A stretch of 64,000 nucleotides of DNA, from positions 640,001 to 704,000 of the forward strand of contig CAWGJT010000005.1 of NCBI GenBank assembly GCA_963822965.1, read 5' to 3'. The DNA is from an uncultured delta proteobacterium (GTDB taxonomy: Bacteria; Myxococcota_A; UBA9160; UBA4427). Position 1 is the first letter of the stretch. Each line of letters opens with the position of its first letter. The notes below the pieces were generated by a model. The model was not told the DNA's origin and did not search any database. It saw only the letters and a list, made by a program, of their open reading frames with translations. Shown here one piece after another: positions 1 through 9,206 of the stretch. The translations under genes and the position numbers were made by a program.

Positions 1-1
1 C

Positions 2-376
2 TACCGCTACGGGCGCGGCGACCTGCTCGGCACCGTCCGCTACATCGCCGACCGCGCGGGCGACCGGCTGCCCACGGTGGGGGGCGACCACCGGTTCCGC
101 ACCAACACGGTGATCCGTTTCTACAACCGCTACCTGCCGCCGGACCGCCGGCTCGTCTATCGGCCCCAGCAGGAGTACCCGGACTGGCTGCTGCTGCACC
201 GCATCGGACCGCTCGGGCACGTCGACCCCGCCCTGGTGGACGGGCAGGGACACGCGTACGTGCTCGCCCGGGTGGCGCGCTACTCGGACCTCTCCGGCTG
301 GCACTGGCTGCTCTACCGCAAGGTGGACGACTCGGACACGAAGCCGCAGGCCGCGACGGACGGGCCCGGCGAGTGA
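2..376 (+). CDS. 5'-truncated CDS, C-terminal part of an uncharacterised protein (possibly the periplasmic tail of a membrane glycosyltransferase)
   Basis: Frame is open from base 2 (YRYGRGDLLGTVRYIADR...) to TGA at 376 with strong GC3 codon bias. The product guess is weak. Confidence 0.55.
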   Translation, partial: YRYGRGDLLGTVRYIADRAGDRLPTVGGDHRFRTNTVIRFYNRYLPPDRRLVYRPQQEYPDWLLLHRIGPLGHVDPALVDGQGHAYVLARVARYSDLSGWHWLLYRKVDDSDTKPQAATDGPGE

Positions 377-453
377 CCGACTCGGCGACGTCGCGGGTCA
401 CCTCGAGCCGCGGCGAGATCGGGTAGACGTTCCCCGACCGAAGTGGGTGGGGA

Positions 454-1104
454 TCAGCGTCCGAGGGGCAGCTTCTCGGCGACGAGCTGCGCCCCCCACT
501 GCGCCAGCTCCGCCACCGTGAGCCACCGGCTGCCGCCGCCGGGATAGCGCGCGGTGTCGAACAGGTTCGACGTGAGCGAGGCCTGCGTCTGGTCGAAGCG
601 CGCGACCCAGAGCTTCGTCGCGTCGGGCGCCGAGTAGAGGGTGACCTCGAACTCGACGCTCGCCGGGGACAGGGAGCCATACGAAGACCCCTCCCGCTCG
701 CGGTAGCGGCGCACCTCGCCCAGCAGGATCGCGTCGGCCCCGAACTGCGAGGTGGCCAGCAGCGCGGCCGCCTCCGGCGCCTGACGGGGCGTCACCAGCC
801 CCTGCCCCTCGAAGGCGAGCTGGACGTCGTCGGGCGGCACGACCTTGACGGAGCGCTGCGCCAACGCCTCGGTGACGAAGCGGGTGACCAGGGCCGTGGC
901 CTCCCACGCGCTGGTCTGCGACTCCGCGGCTCCCCGGGAGAGCCTGGCCGCCGGGTAGAACGGCAAGACGGCGATGCAGGCGATGGGGGGCACGGCCTGG
1001 AAGCGCTGCTGCTCGACGAGATCGGGAAGCCAGCTGCTGCAGCCGGTCGCCCCTGCCAGGAGGACCAGGAGGAGCGAGAGACGCACGCGCGGGCGGCAGG
1101 GCAC
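454..1104 (-). CDS. Putative lipoprotein (DUF799/CsgG/LpoB-like fold)
   Basis: Signal peptide ending LAGATG-C; IAVLPF and GADAILLGEVRRY motifs; TAGCCT -10 box 7 nt upstream of the GTG start. Confidence 0.75.
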   Translation of the reverse strand: MPCRPRVRLSLLLVLLAGATGCSSWLPDLVEQQRFQAVPPIACIAVLPFYPAARLSRGAAESQTSAWEATALVTRFVTEALAQRSVKVVPPDDVQLAFEGQGLVTPRQAPEAAALLATSQFGADAILLGEVRRYREREGSSYGSLSPASVEFEVTLYSAPDATKLWVARFDQTQASLTSNLFDTARYPGGGSRWLTVAELAQWGAQLVAEKLPLGR

Positions 1105-1113
1105 GAAGCGGAG

Positions 1114-1358
1114 GCTAGCAGGCCGACCCGGAAGGGGTCGGCTTGCGCGGCAAACCGAATCCCTCGGATTCGTCAGCTAGCAGGCCGACCCGGAAGGGGT
1201 CGGCTTGCGCGGCAAACCGAATCCCTCGGATTCGTCAGCTAGCAGGCCGACCCGGAAGGGGTCGGCTTGCGCGGCAAACCGAATCCCTCGGATTCGTCAG
1301 CTAGCAGGCCGACCCGGAAGGGGTCGGCTTGCGCGGCAAACCGAATCCCTCGGATTCG
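1114..1358. repeat. Tandem array of about 4 identical 62-bp units, each with two hairpins (REP/BIME-like)
   Basis: Unit GCTAGCAGGCCGACCCGGAAGGGGTCGGCTTGCGCGGCAAACCGAATCCCTCGGATTCGTCA starts at 1114, 1176, 1238 and 1300. No unique spacers. Confidence 0.95.
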
Positions 1359-1389
1359 CAGCCCGAGCCGTGCGTGCGGTCCTGCGTGC

Positions 1390-1417
1390 TCAACCCGGGG
1401 CCCGTTCCGGCCGATCC
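1390..1417 (+). promoter_or_regulatory. Sigma28 (FliA/WhiG)-like promoter
   Basis: TCAA-N16-GCCGATCC just upstream of the 1425 gene; the same pattern recurs at 19810 and 55475. Confidence 0.45.
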
Positions 1418-1424
1418 GTCGCGT

Positions 1425-2006
1425 GTGTCGCGCCGGGTTCGAAAGCTCGCTCACGCCGTCGTGGGAATGCTCGTCCCGCTCTGCCTCGCGGTCGTCGTGT
1501 CGTGCTCGTCGGGCGATGCGGGCGACGGCAAGCCGGGGGCCCTGCGCGTCGTGAAGGCCGTGGTGACGAGCCTGCTCTCGGGCTCCGCGGAGACGCGCCA
1601 CGAGATCCCGGCGGAGGAGGAGCCGCCGCTCGCCGCCGAGCCGGCCCTCGCGCTCGACGCGCAGCCACCCCAGACCTGCACCGTGCCGTACGCCGGCCCC
1701 GTCACGATCGTCCCGGTGCGTACGCCGGCGGCGCTCCAGCGCGGGGTCGCCGAGCGAAGGGACGTCGCGCTCGTCTACGAGACCGACGACACCGCCATCT
1801 GGGAGGACGGGCGCGTCCTCACCCTGGACGTGGAGAACCTCGGGTCGCACCTGAACGCCGTGGGCTGGGCCACGAACCCCATGCGGATCCTCGGGGCGAG
1901 CACCCGGCCGGGCAGCTCGGGAGCGAACCTCGGCTGGAGAACCGGCCAGTCTTCCTTCCAGTCGAGTGCCAGGGCGAAGCCGAAGAAGCGACGGCGGCGT
2001 GGCTGA
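1425..2006 (+). CDS. Hypothetical lipoprotein (start GTG 1425 or ATG 1467)
   Basis: Basic N-terminus, hydrophobic stretch and lipobox-like AVVVS-C-SS; coding-like codon bias. The ORF-track start lies inside the repeat and is unlikely. Confidence 0.6.
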   Translation: MSRRVRKLAHAVVGMLVPLCLAVVVSCSSGDAGDGKPGALRVVKAVVTSLLSGSAETRHEIPAEEEPPLAAEPALALDAQPPQTCTVPYAGPVTIVPVRTPAALQRGVAERRDVALVYETDDTAIWEDGRVLTLDVENLGSHLNAVGWATNPMRILGASTRPGSSGANLGWRTGQSSFQSSARAKPKKRRRRG

Positions 2007-2097
2007 CGGCGCTGACGGGCGGTCCGGGGGATCGCCAGGGCAGAACGGGGGCAGCGGCCGGAGCCCCGTGCGATACTCGCGCCGCGGAGGACCCCCC

Positions 2098-2472
2098 ATG
2101 ATCAGCCAGGCCATCAACCACGTCTCCTTCTGCGTGCCCGAGCTCGAGCCCGCGCTGCACTTCTACCGGGACGTCCTCGGCTTCGAGCCCATCGCGCGGC
2201 CCGCCCTGGGCATCGACGGCGCCTGGCTCCAGTCCGGTGCCATCCAGGTCCACCTGATCGTGGCACCCGAGGGCGCCGACGTGGGCAGCAACCCGAGTCG
2301 CACGAGTCCGCTGGCGAACCACACCGCCTTCGCAATCGACGACTACGAGAAGGTCCGCGACCACCTGAAGCGCCACGGCCTCGACGTGCTCGAGGCGGGC
2401 GCGGAGCGCGGGCAGATGTGGGTGAGCGATCCGGCCGGGAACGTCATCGAGCTCATCTCCGCGGTGCGGTAG
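2098..2472 (+). CDS. VOC/glyoxalase family protein
   Basis: INHVSF...FYRDVLGF...NHTAFAI...DPAGNVIEL motifs; GGAGG RBS. Confidence 0.9.
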   Translation: MISQAINHVSFCVPELEPALHFYRDVLGFEPIARPALGIDGAWLQSGAIQVHLIVAPEGADVGSNPSRTSPLANHTAFAIDDYEKVRDHLKRHGLDVLEAGAERGQMWVSDPAGNVIELISAVR

Positions 2473-2486
2473 TCGCGCCGCGACCG

Positions 2487-4860
2487 ATGGGGGCCGCCGG
2501 CGTCTACCAGGGGCTGATCCTCCAGCCCACCTACCGCGTGCGGCACGGCCGGCCCGTGGTCCAGCTCTACGGTCGCCTCGCCGACGGCCCGCCCTTCCTG
2601 GTCGAGGACGATCGCTTCCGACCCTACTTCTTCGTTCCCACCGCCGCGGCGGAGCGCGTCTCCGGCGAGCCGGACGTGCAGCTCGAGGCGACCTCGCTCC
2701 GCAACCTGGCCGGCGAGGCGCGTCTGCCCGGGTGGTGCTGCCGGCGCCTTCGGCGGTGCCGTCCCTGCGCGACCGCCTCGCGAGGCAGGGCGCCGCTCCC
2801 TGCGAGGCGGACATCCGCTTTCCCTACCGCTACCTGATCGACCACGGCCTGCGCGCGGCGGTGCGCATCGAAGGCACGCCCCGCAAGCGCGACGGGCTGC
2901 TCTACTTCCGCAACGTCCTCCTGCAGCCCGGCGACGCGCGCCCCACCGCTCTCCATCCTCTCCCTCGACCTCGAGACCACCCTCGACGCCGGACACATCC
3001 TCTCGGCCGCGCTGGTCTGCCGCGCCGCGGACGGCGATACGGTCGAGGAGGTGCACGTGGTCTCGCGGGAGCGGATCGACGACCCGCACGCCCGCATCCA
3101 CGCGGAAGAGGCGCGGCTGCTCGTGGCCGTGGCGCGTCGCATCCGGGAGCTGGACCCGGACGTGCTGGTGGGCTGGAACGTCGTCGACTTCGACCTGCAG
3201 GTCTTCACCCGGCGATGCGAGCAGCTGGGGCTGCCGGCCCAGGAGCTGCGCCTGGGACGGGTCGACGGCGCCGTCGGGTTCCAGCAGGACCGGGGCTTCT
3301 CGCTGCAGAGCCGCGCCGACGTCCCCGGGCGCATGGTGCTGGACGGCCTGCCCCTCGTGCGCGAGGCGATGCGCCTCGAGGACTACCGGCTGGAGACCGT
3401 CGCGCGCGCCGTGCTCGGACGGGGCAAGAAGATCGACCACGACGCGCCGGACGCCGGAGAGGAGATCCAGCGGCTCTACCGCGAGGAGCCGGCGGCGCTC
3501 GTCGCCTACAACCTGGAGGACGCGCGGCTCGTGCTCGACATCCTCGAGCACGAAGGGCTGCTCGACCTGGCCCTGGAGCGGAGCCTGCTCTCGGGCATGC
3601 AGCTCGATCGGGTGGGCGCGAGCATCGCCTCGTTCGACCTGCTCTATCTGCCCGAGCTGCGGCGCCGGGGCGTCGTCGCGCCGAGCGTCGACGTCTCGCG
3701 CAAGGCCGAGCCGATCCGGGGCGGCGCGCTGCTCGACCCGGTTCCCGGGACTGACGCCCAACGTCGCGGTCTTCGACTTCAAGAGCCTGTATCCGAGCCT
3801 CGTGCGCACCTTCAACCTCGACCCGCTGGCCCTCGCCATGGCAAGCGGCGCCGACCCGGCCGCCACCGTCGAGGCGCCGGACGGCGCGCGCTTTTCGCGC
3901 GAGCCGTCCATCCTGCCCCACATCATCGAGCGCTTCATGGAGCGGCGGGAAGCCGCCCGGGCCCGCGGCGACCGCCACGCCGACCAGGCGATCAAGATCA
4001 TGATGAACGCGATGTTCGGCGTCTTCGCCGCCTCGGCCTGCCGCTTCTTCGACCCGCGGGTCGCGAACGCCATCACCGGCTTCGGACAGCAGACCCTGGC
4101 CTGGACGAGGGACGCCTTCGAGGCCGAAGGCATGCGCGTCGTGTACGGCGACACCGACTCCGTCTTCGTGCAGCTCGATTCCGAAGCGGACGACGGAGGA
4201 GCGCGACGAAGCGAACGACTGGATCGCGCCGAGGCCCTACGGCAGCGGGTGGCGGAACGCATCGCGCGGCGGATCCGCGCCGAGTACGGGGTGGAGTCGC
4301 TCCTCGACCTCGAGCTGGAGAAGCTCTACGACCGCCTCTTCCTCCCCCACGTCCGCGGCGGCGGCGACGCCAGCAAGAAGCGCTACGCGGGCTGGGCCGA
4401 GGGCGAGCTCGAGATCGTGGGCCTCGAGTCGGTGCGCCGCGACTGGCCGGCGGTCACCGGCCGGCTGCAGAAGGGAATGCTGAAGCGGCTCTTCACGGGC
4501 GACGAGGTGATGCCCTTCGTGAAGGCGACCGTCGACGACGTGATGGCCGGAAAGCTCGACCACGAGCTCGTCTACGTGAAGCGAATCCGCAAGCGCACGC
4601 TCGAGAGCTACACCGCGTCGACACCGCCGCACGTACAGGCCGCGCGCAAGCTCGCTGGGCCCGTCGGTCCGGTGATCCGCTACGTCATCACCCACCGCGG
4701 CCCGGAGCCCGTACCCCCGGGCGCGCCCATCCCGGGGGACGTCGATCGTCGCCACTACGTCGAGCGCGTGCTGCGGCCCGTCGCCGAGGCCATCCTGGTG
4801 GAGATCGGAGCGAGCTTCGACGAGGCGATGGGCGAGCCCCGACAGCTCGAGCTGCTCTGA
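2487..4860 (+). CDS. polB: DNA polymerase II (family B); three apparent frameshifts near 2720, 2945 and 3752
   Basis: Exonuclease motifs SLDLET, GWNVVDFD, YNLED; polymerase motifs DFKSLYPS, KIMMNAMFG, YGDTDS, SKKRYAG; C-terminal clamp-binding QLELL. Confidence 0.92.
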
Positions 4861-4971
4861 GCGCCAGAAGCCCCGAGCGCGCCCTCGAACGACCCGGGAG
4901 CGCACGCTCGCGCTGACGGGAACGGCGTCTCGCGCGCGGCGCGCTCATTCGCCTTTGCGCCTTCGTTTCGA

Positions 4972-5001
4972 TTGACACCCCGGAACAACGGTCGATATCC
5001 T
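4972..5001 (+). promoter_or_regulatory. Sigma70-type promoter
   Basis: TTGACA (4972-4977), 18-nt spacer, TATCCT (4996-5001). Confidence 0.55.
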
Positions 5002-5141
5002 CTCCGCGTGCGGGTCAGCCGTTCGACTCGCGACGGCAAGCGCGAAGAGCGCCATCGGCGCATGCCCGAGCTGGTCAATCGCACTCGCAGTGCGCGGCGT
5101 GGCAAGTCGCAAGAGATGACCGGGCGAGGCGGAAGTCGAAA

Positions 5142-5261
5142 GAGTCGAATCCACGGGAGTCGAATCCACGAGAGTCGAATCCACGGGAGTCGAATCCACG
5201 GGAGTCGAATCCACGGGAGTCGAATCCACGGGAGTCGAATCCACGCGAATCGAATCCACGA
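5142..5261. repeat. 8 x 15-bp tandem repeat GAGTCGAATCCACG(G/A/C)
   Basis: Directly visible; copies start at 5142, 5157, 5172, 5187, 5202, 5217, 5232 and 5247. Confidence 0.95.
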
Positions 5262-5510
5262 AGAGTCGATGACCGCAGGTCCGGAGGCGCCGGCACGAAG
5301 AAGACGCAGGGTGCGCTGGTGACGCAGACGGCGTCGCAGGCGCCGCGGAGGAAGCGCAGACGGAAGCGCAGGTAGCGTGACGAGAAGCGCGACGAAGAGC
5401 GCGACGAACGCGAAAAGGGCCCTGCAGCGAGTGACGGAGCACGACCGGCGGACGAGCGCCGCGCTCGCCAAGCCAGGCGGCCGACAGGCCGAAGCTGGCA
5501 CGGGAACGGA

Positions 5511-5543
5511 GAAGCGCCCGGGAGCGATCCCGGGCGCTTTCTC
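5511..5543 (+). terminator. Intrinsic terminator-like hairpin
   Basis: AAGCGCCCGGGA-GCGA-TCCCGGGCGCTT followed by TCTC; 12-bp stem with a GNRA loop and a weak U tract. Confidence 0.65.
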
Positions 5544-5663
5544 GTGGTGCGGTAGCCGCCCTGCGGTACTCGTCCTGCGGTAGCCGTGCGGCAGCGCGAC
5601 GGACGGACGGCCGCCGTCGGCTCCTTCCCGCTCCCGCAGGGCCGCTTGCATCGAGGTGACGCC

Positions 5664-6548
5664 GTGCAGCCGGATTCGCCGGAGGCCGTGGTCCGGGTGA
5701 CGCGCGCGCGCGAAGCGGCCGGGGAGTGGGCCCTCGTGCTGGTCGCGGAGGGCCTCCACCCGCGGATCGACTACACCGCCGCGGGCTTCGTGGTCTGCGT
5801 TCCGGTGGACGAGGCGCCGGCGGCGGAGGACGCCCTGGCGCGTTTCGAGTCGGAGAACGCGGGCGACGCGCCCGCGGCTCCGGAAGCGCGCGAGACCATC
5901 GGGGAGGTCGAGCGCTTCGCGGCCGGCGTCGTGAGCCTCGCCATGCTGGCGTTCTTCGCCGTGACGGGGCCCCGGAGCCCGCAGGTCGTGTGGTTCGCTC
6001 GGGGCAGCGCGGACGGTGCGCGGATCCTCGACGGCGAGCTCTGGCGGACGGTGACCGCCCTGTGCCTGCACGCGGACCTCACGCACGTGGCCGCCAATGC
6101 GCTGTTCGGCGCGATCTTCCTGGCGGCCGTCTGCGCGGGATTCGGGCCGGGCCTGGGCATTGCCCTCACTCTGGCGGCGGGCGTCGTCGGCAACCTCGCC
6201 AACGCGTTCTTCCAGGGACCCGATCACCTCTCCATCGGCGCCTCGACGGCCGTCTTCGGGGCGGTGGGCCTCTTGGGGGGGCGGAGCGGGGTGCATCGCA
6301 TCCGCCGGGGCGACCTCGGGCTGCATCCGTGGGTGCCCATCGCGGCGGGGCTGGCGCTGATCGCCATGCTCGGCACCGGCGAGCGAAGCGACCTGTCGGC
6401 GCACCTGTTCGGCTTCGGGGCGGGCGGGCTGCTGGGCGCGGCGGCCACCCTCGGCTGGCCACGTCGGCCGGGCCCGGGGGCGCAGGCGGCCGCGCTCGCC
6501 CTCGCCCTCGCCATCCTGCTCGCATCCTGGCACCTGGCTCTTCGCTGA
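5664..6548 (+). CDS. Rhomboid family intramembrane serine protease
   Basis: WRTVTALCLHADLTHVAAN, catalytic IGASTAVFG and AHLFGF; multiple TM helices. Confidence 0.9.
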   Translation: MQPDSPEAVVRVTRAREAAGEWALVLVAEGLHPRIDYTAAGFVVCVPVDEAPAAEDALARFESENAGDAPAAPEARETIGEVERFAAGVVSLAMLAFFAVTGPRSPQVVWFARGSADGARILDGELWRTVTALCLHADLTHVAANALFGAIFLAAVCAGFGPGLGIALTLAAGVVGNLANAFFQGPDHLSIGASTAVFGAVGLLGGRSGVHRIRRGDLGLHPWVPIAAGLALIAMLGTGERSDLSAHLFGFGAGGLLGAAATLGWPRRPGPGAQAAALALALAILLASWHLALR

Positions 6549-6701
6549 CCGTCCGGACGGCAGCCTGCTGCCTGCGCTCGGCGGCCTGAGCGGTAGACTC
6601 CCGTCCCTCGCTCGGCCACGCGAGCGAGACAGAGCGAGCCGAGCGAAGCGAGAGACTCGAGCGAGGCTCGAGCGAGAAAGAGGAAAGGGACGGCCGGAAC
6701 G

Positions 6702-9206
6702 ATGGCGTTGCGCACAGGCCGAGGCAGTTCGGGCGCCCGATCCCTCGCCGGGCTCCTCGGCGGCGCGATCGCCGGGCTGCTCGCGCTCGCACCCGCGGTA
6801 CGCGCCCAGGAGGTGATCGGCACCGTCGAGATCCGCACCACCGAGGGCTCCTTCTTCGTGCAGCTGGCCGAGGACACCGCGGTGCGCGATCACGCCCGCT
6901 TCTTCGCCAGCCTGGTTCGCGACCGCGCCTTCTTCCACCGCGGCGACAAGCAGATCACCTGTCCCGACGGTCCCTGCTTCTATTGCGAGTGCGTGGCCGG
7001 CCTCTGCCAGGACGATCCCAACGAGCGCAGCTGCATCGACAGCCGCTACCTGGTGAACGACCAGACCACGCCCTCGGCGGTGCTGCACGCGGGGCTCTTC
7101 ACCGTCGACGGCGGCAACCACCTGCAGGAGACGGGAGCGAGCCTCCCCGTCGAGCTCCAGACCTCGCCCGGCGTCTTCAAGAACGTGGCCATGACCGTCG
7201 CCTTCGTGCGACGCGGCGGCATCCTGACCCCCGAGTGGATCGTCAACGTCCAGGACAACTCCGACCTCGTGCGGGACGACGGCCTGACCTTCGACGACGC
7301 GGAGCACGGGGGCGCGGGTGCCCATCTCGTCTTCGGCCGGGTCTCCTCCGGCGAAGAGGTCGTGCTGGCGCTCGCGGGGCTGGCCACCACCGACGCGCGC
7401 AACAGCCAGACGCTCGTCGACGACGGAACGGCCACGAGCATCCTCGACGAGCTCGATCAGCTCCCCCTGGTGGGCTTCGAGGACGACGAGAATCCGGTCG
7501 AGGTCGACTTCTGCGACCTCGGGATGCCCGACCCCGCGTGCCTCATGCCCCAGTGCACGACGCTGTCGGACGACGAGCTCCGCTGCGAGGCCCCGGCCTG
7601 CTACGACCTCGTCCCGCTGACGGACGAAGAGCAGGCCATCGTCGACCAGGGCGGCACCGTGGATCGCTTCTGCGCGTTCCCCGAGCAGCCGAACTTCCCC
7701 CTGATCGCCGAGGCGACGCCCGCGGGCCTCGCCCTCGTCAACAACGGCCTCGCGCCCCCCGAGCCCCTGAACGTCCTCGACTATCCGAACAACCCGAAGC
7801 TCGTGGTCGACGTTCGCAACGAGTCGTGTCCGGACGACCTCTCGGACCCGCTCGGCCTGTGCACCAGCCCGGGCCTACCCACCACCCTCGACGTTCGGGA
7901 CGGCGGCTCGGCCGCGCACGTGCGCGTCTCCGACACCTCCCGGCTGTTCGTGCGGGGCGGCGCCGTCTCCCTCCTCGAGCTGCTCGACACCTCGAGGGCG
8001 AGCCTGCTCGCCGGCAGCGTCGATTCGCTCGACGCCCAGGACGAAGCGGACCTCAGCGTTTCCGGCGGCGCCGTCGCCAGCCTCGTAGCGGACGGCGCCA
8101 CGATCCTGGTGACGGGGGGATCCGTCGCGAGCCTGGAGGCGCACGGAAGCTCGCTCGTCCGGGTCGCCGGCAGCGACTTCATGGTGGACGGCTCCCCCGT
8201 GTCGTTCGGAGCGCTCGCGCTCTCGGGCCTCACTCTCGAGGGCACGCTCGCAGGGGGCGATCCGATCTCCGCCGCGTTCGTGGCGGACACCCCCGGCCAG
8301 GCGAGCGGAACGCTCTACCTGCTCGACGCGACGAGCCTCGCCTCGCCGGCCGCCATGGTGCCCGTCGAAGGGGGGAACGAGCCCTACAACGAGTCTTTCG
8401 GGACCATCGTCCGCCCCTTCCAGATCGGCCAGACCGAGGTGACGAACGCCGAGTACGCGGCGTTCCTCTCCCAGAAGGCCTTCTCCGATCCCCACGGCCT
8501 GTACGCCGCGGAGATGGGCAGCGATCCACGCGGCGGCATCCTGCGCACCGGCGCCAACGGGAACTACCACTACGAGACGATCGCCGGCCGAGCCGACTGG
8601 CCGGTGGTGTTCGTCTCGCGCTACGACGCCCTCCGCTACGTCAACTGGCTGGAGAACGGCGCGACCGTGGGGGCGTCCACGGAGACCGGCTCCTACACGT
8701 TCACCGGGGAGACGAGCGTCGGCCCCCGCAACTACGGTGCCCGGTACTTCCTGCCGCGGACCAGGGAGTGGGACAAGGCCGCCTACTTCAATCGGGCGAC
8801 CAGTCCGCCTTCCTACTTCGAGTACCCGACGTCGTCGAACGTCGCGCCGACCCCGGACGTGCCCGGTCGCGACGTGGGCAACTTCGCGAACCTCGACCGG
8901 GCCCTCGGCGGGCTCACGGCGCCGCTGGCTCCCGTGGGCTCGTACCGCTTCTCGGCCAGCCCCTCCGGCACCCTGGACCAGGCGGGCAACGTGCTCGAGT
9001 GGCTCGAGGACAGCCTGGATCTCCTGGGAGGCGGCTGGGACAGCGACCCGGAAGCCGCGAGCCGACAGTCCGCCAGCCCAATCGACGCCGCCACCAGCCA
9101 GACGCGGGACGTCGGCTTCCGCGTGCCCGAACCTTCCGCGGGCGCGCTGGCCGCGGCCGCCCTGGCGACCCTCGCCGCCTTGCGTCGCCGGCGCTCAGCG
9201 CGGTAG
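6702..9206 (+). CDS. Secreted PEP-CTERM protein: cyclophilin-like domain, Cys-rich segments, beta-helix-like repeats, FGE-sulfatase (SUMF1/PvdO) domain
   Basis: Signal peptide; VEIRTTEG..FFHR..VFGRV (cyclophilin-like); IGQTEVTNAEY..LP..EW..AA..DQAGNVLEW..GFR (FGE); C-terminal VPEP plus TM helix plus RRRR. Confidence 0.8.
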   Translation: MALRTGRGSSGARSLAGLLGGAIAGLLALAPAVRAQEVIGTVEIRTTEGSFFVQLAEDTAVRDHARFFASLVRDRAFFHRGDKQITCPDGPCFYCECVAGLCQDDPNERSCIDSRYLVNDQTTPSAVLHAGLFTVDGGNHLQETGASLPVELQTSPGVFKNVAMTVAFVRRGGILTPEWIVNVQDNSDLVRDDGLTFDDAEHGGAGAHLVFGRVSSGEEVVLALAGLATTDARNSQTLVDDGTATSILDELDQLPLVGFEDDENPVEVDFCDLGMPDPACLMPQCTTLSDDELRCEAPACYDLVPLTDEEQAIVDQGGTVDRFCAFPEQPNFPLIAEATPAGLALVNNGLAPPEPLNVLDYPNNPKLVVDVRNESCPDDLSDPLGLCTSPGLPTTLDVRDGGSAAHVRVSDTSRLFVRGGAVSLLELLDTSRASLLAGSVDSLDAQDEADLSVSGGAVASLVADGATILVTGGSVASLEAHGSSLVRVAGSDFMVDGSPVSFGALALSGLTLEGTLAGGDPISAAFVADTPGQASGTLYLLDATSLASPAAMVPVEGGNEPYNESFGTIVRPFQIGQTEVTNAEYAAFLSQKAFSDPHGLYAAEMGSDPRGGILRTGANGNYHYETIAGRADWPVVFVSRYDALRYVNWLENGATVGASTETGSYTFTGETSVGPRNYGARYFLPRTREWDKAAYFNRATSPPSYFEYPTSSNVAPTPDVPGRDVGNFANLDRALGGLTAPLAPVGSYRFSASPSGTLDQAGNVLEWLEDSLDLLGGGWDSDPEAASRQSASPIDAATSQTRDVGFRVPEPSAGALAAAALATLAALRRRRSAR

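Larger units (their letters stand above)
5008..5543 (+). ncRNA. Candidate purine-rich non-coding RNA of about 535 nt containing a 15-bp repeat array
   Basis: Bounded by a promoter and a terminator-like hairpin; no convincing ORF; T-poor; many GGA motifs and short hairpins. Confidence 0.35.

Noticed and set aside
1114..1358. CRISPR array
   Set aside because: Units are identical head-to-tail with no unique spacers and there are no cas genes. The same applies to 5142-5261 and 24557-24700.
4945..5442. Repeat ORFs (VDSTP)n, (GFDSR)n and (SRIHG)n as real proteins
   Set aside because: They arise from a stop-free 15-bp repeat; no RBS or codon bias supports any of the frames.
2487..5543. polB plus the repeat array as a polymerase/template-RNA defence or mobile system
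   Set aside because: The polymerase is an ordinary chromosomal Pol II with a clamp-binding tail. No RT, primase, integrase or terminal repeats are present, and the array has its own promoter.
5008..5543. RNase P RNA, tmRNA or SRP RNA
   Set aside because: No GAGGAAAGTCC, no tRNA-like ends, no SRP domain IV motif.
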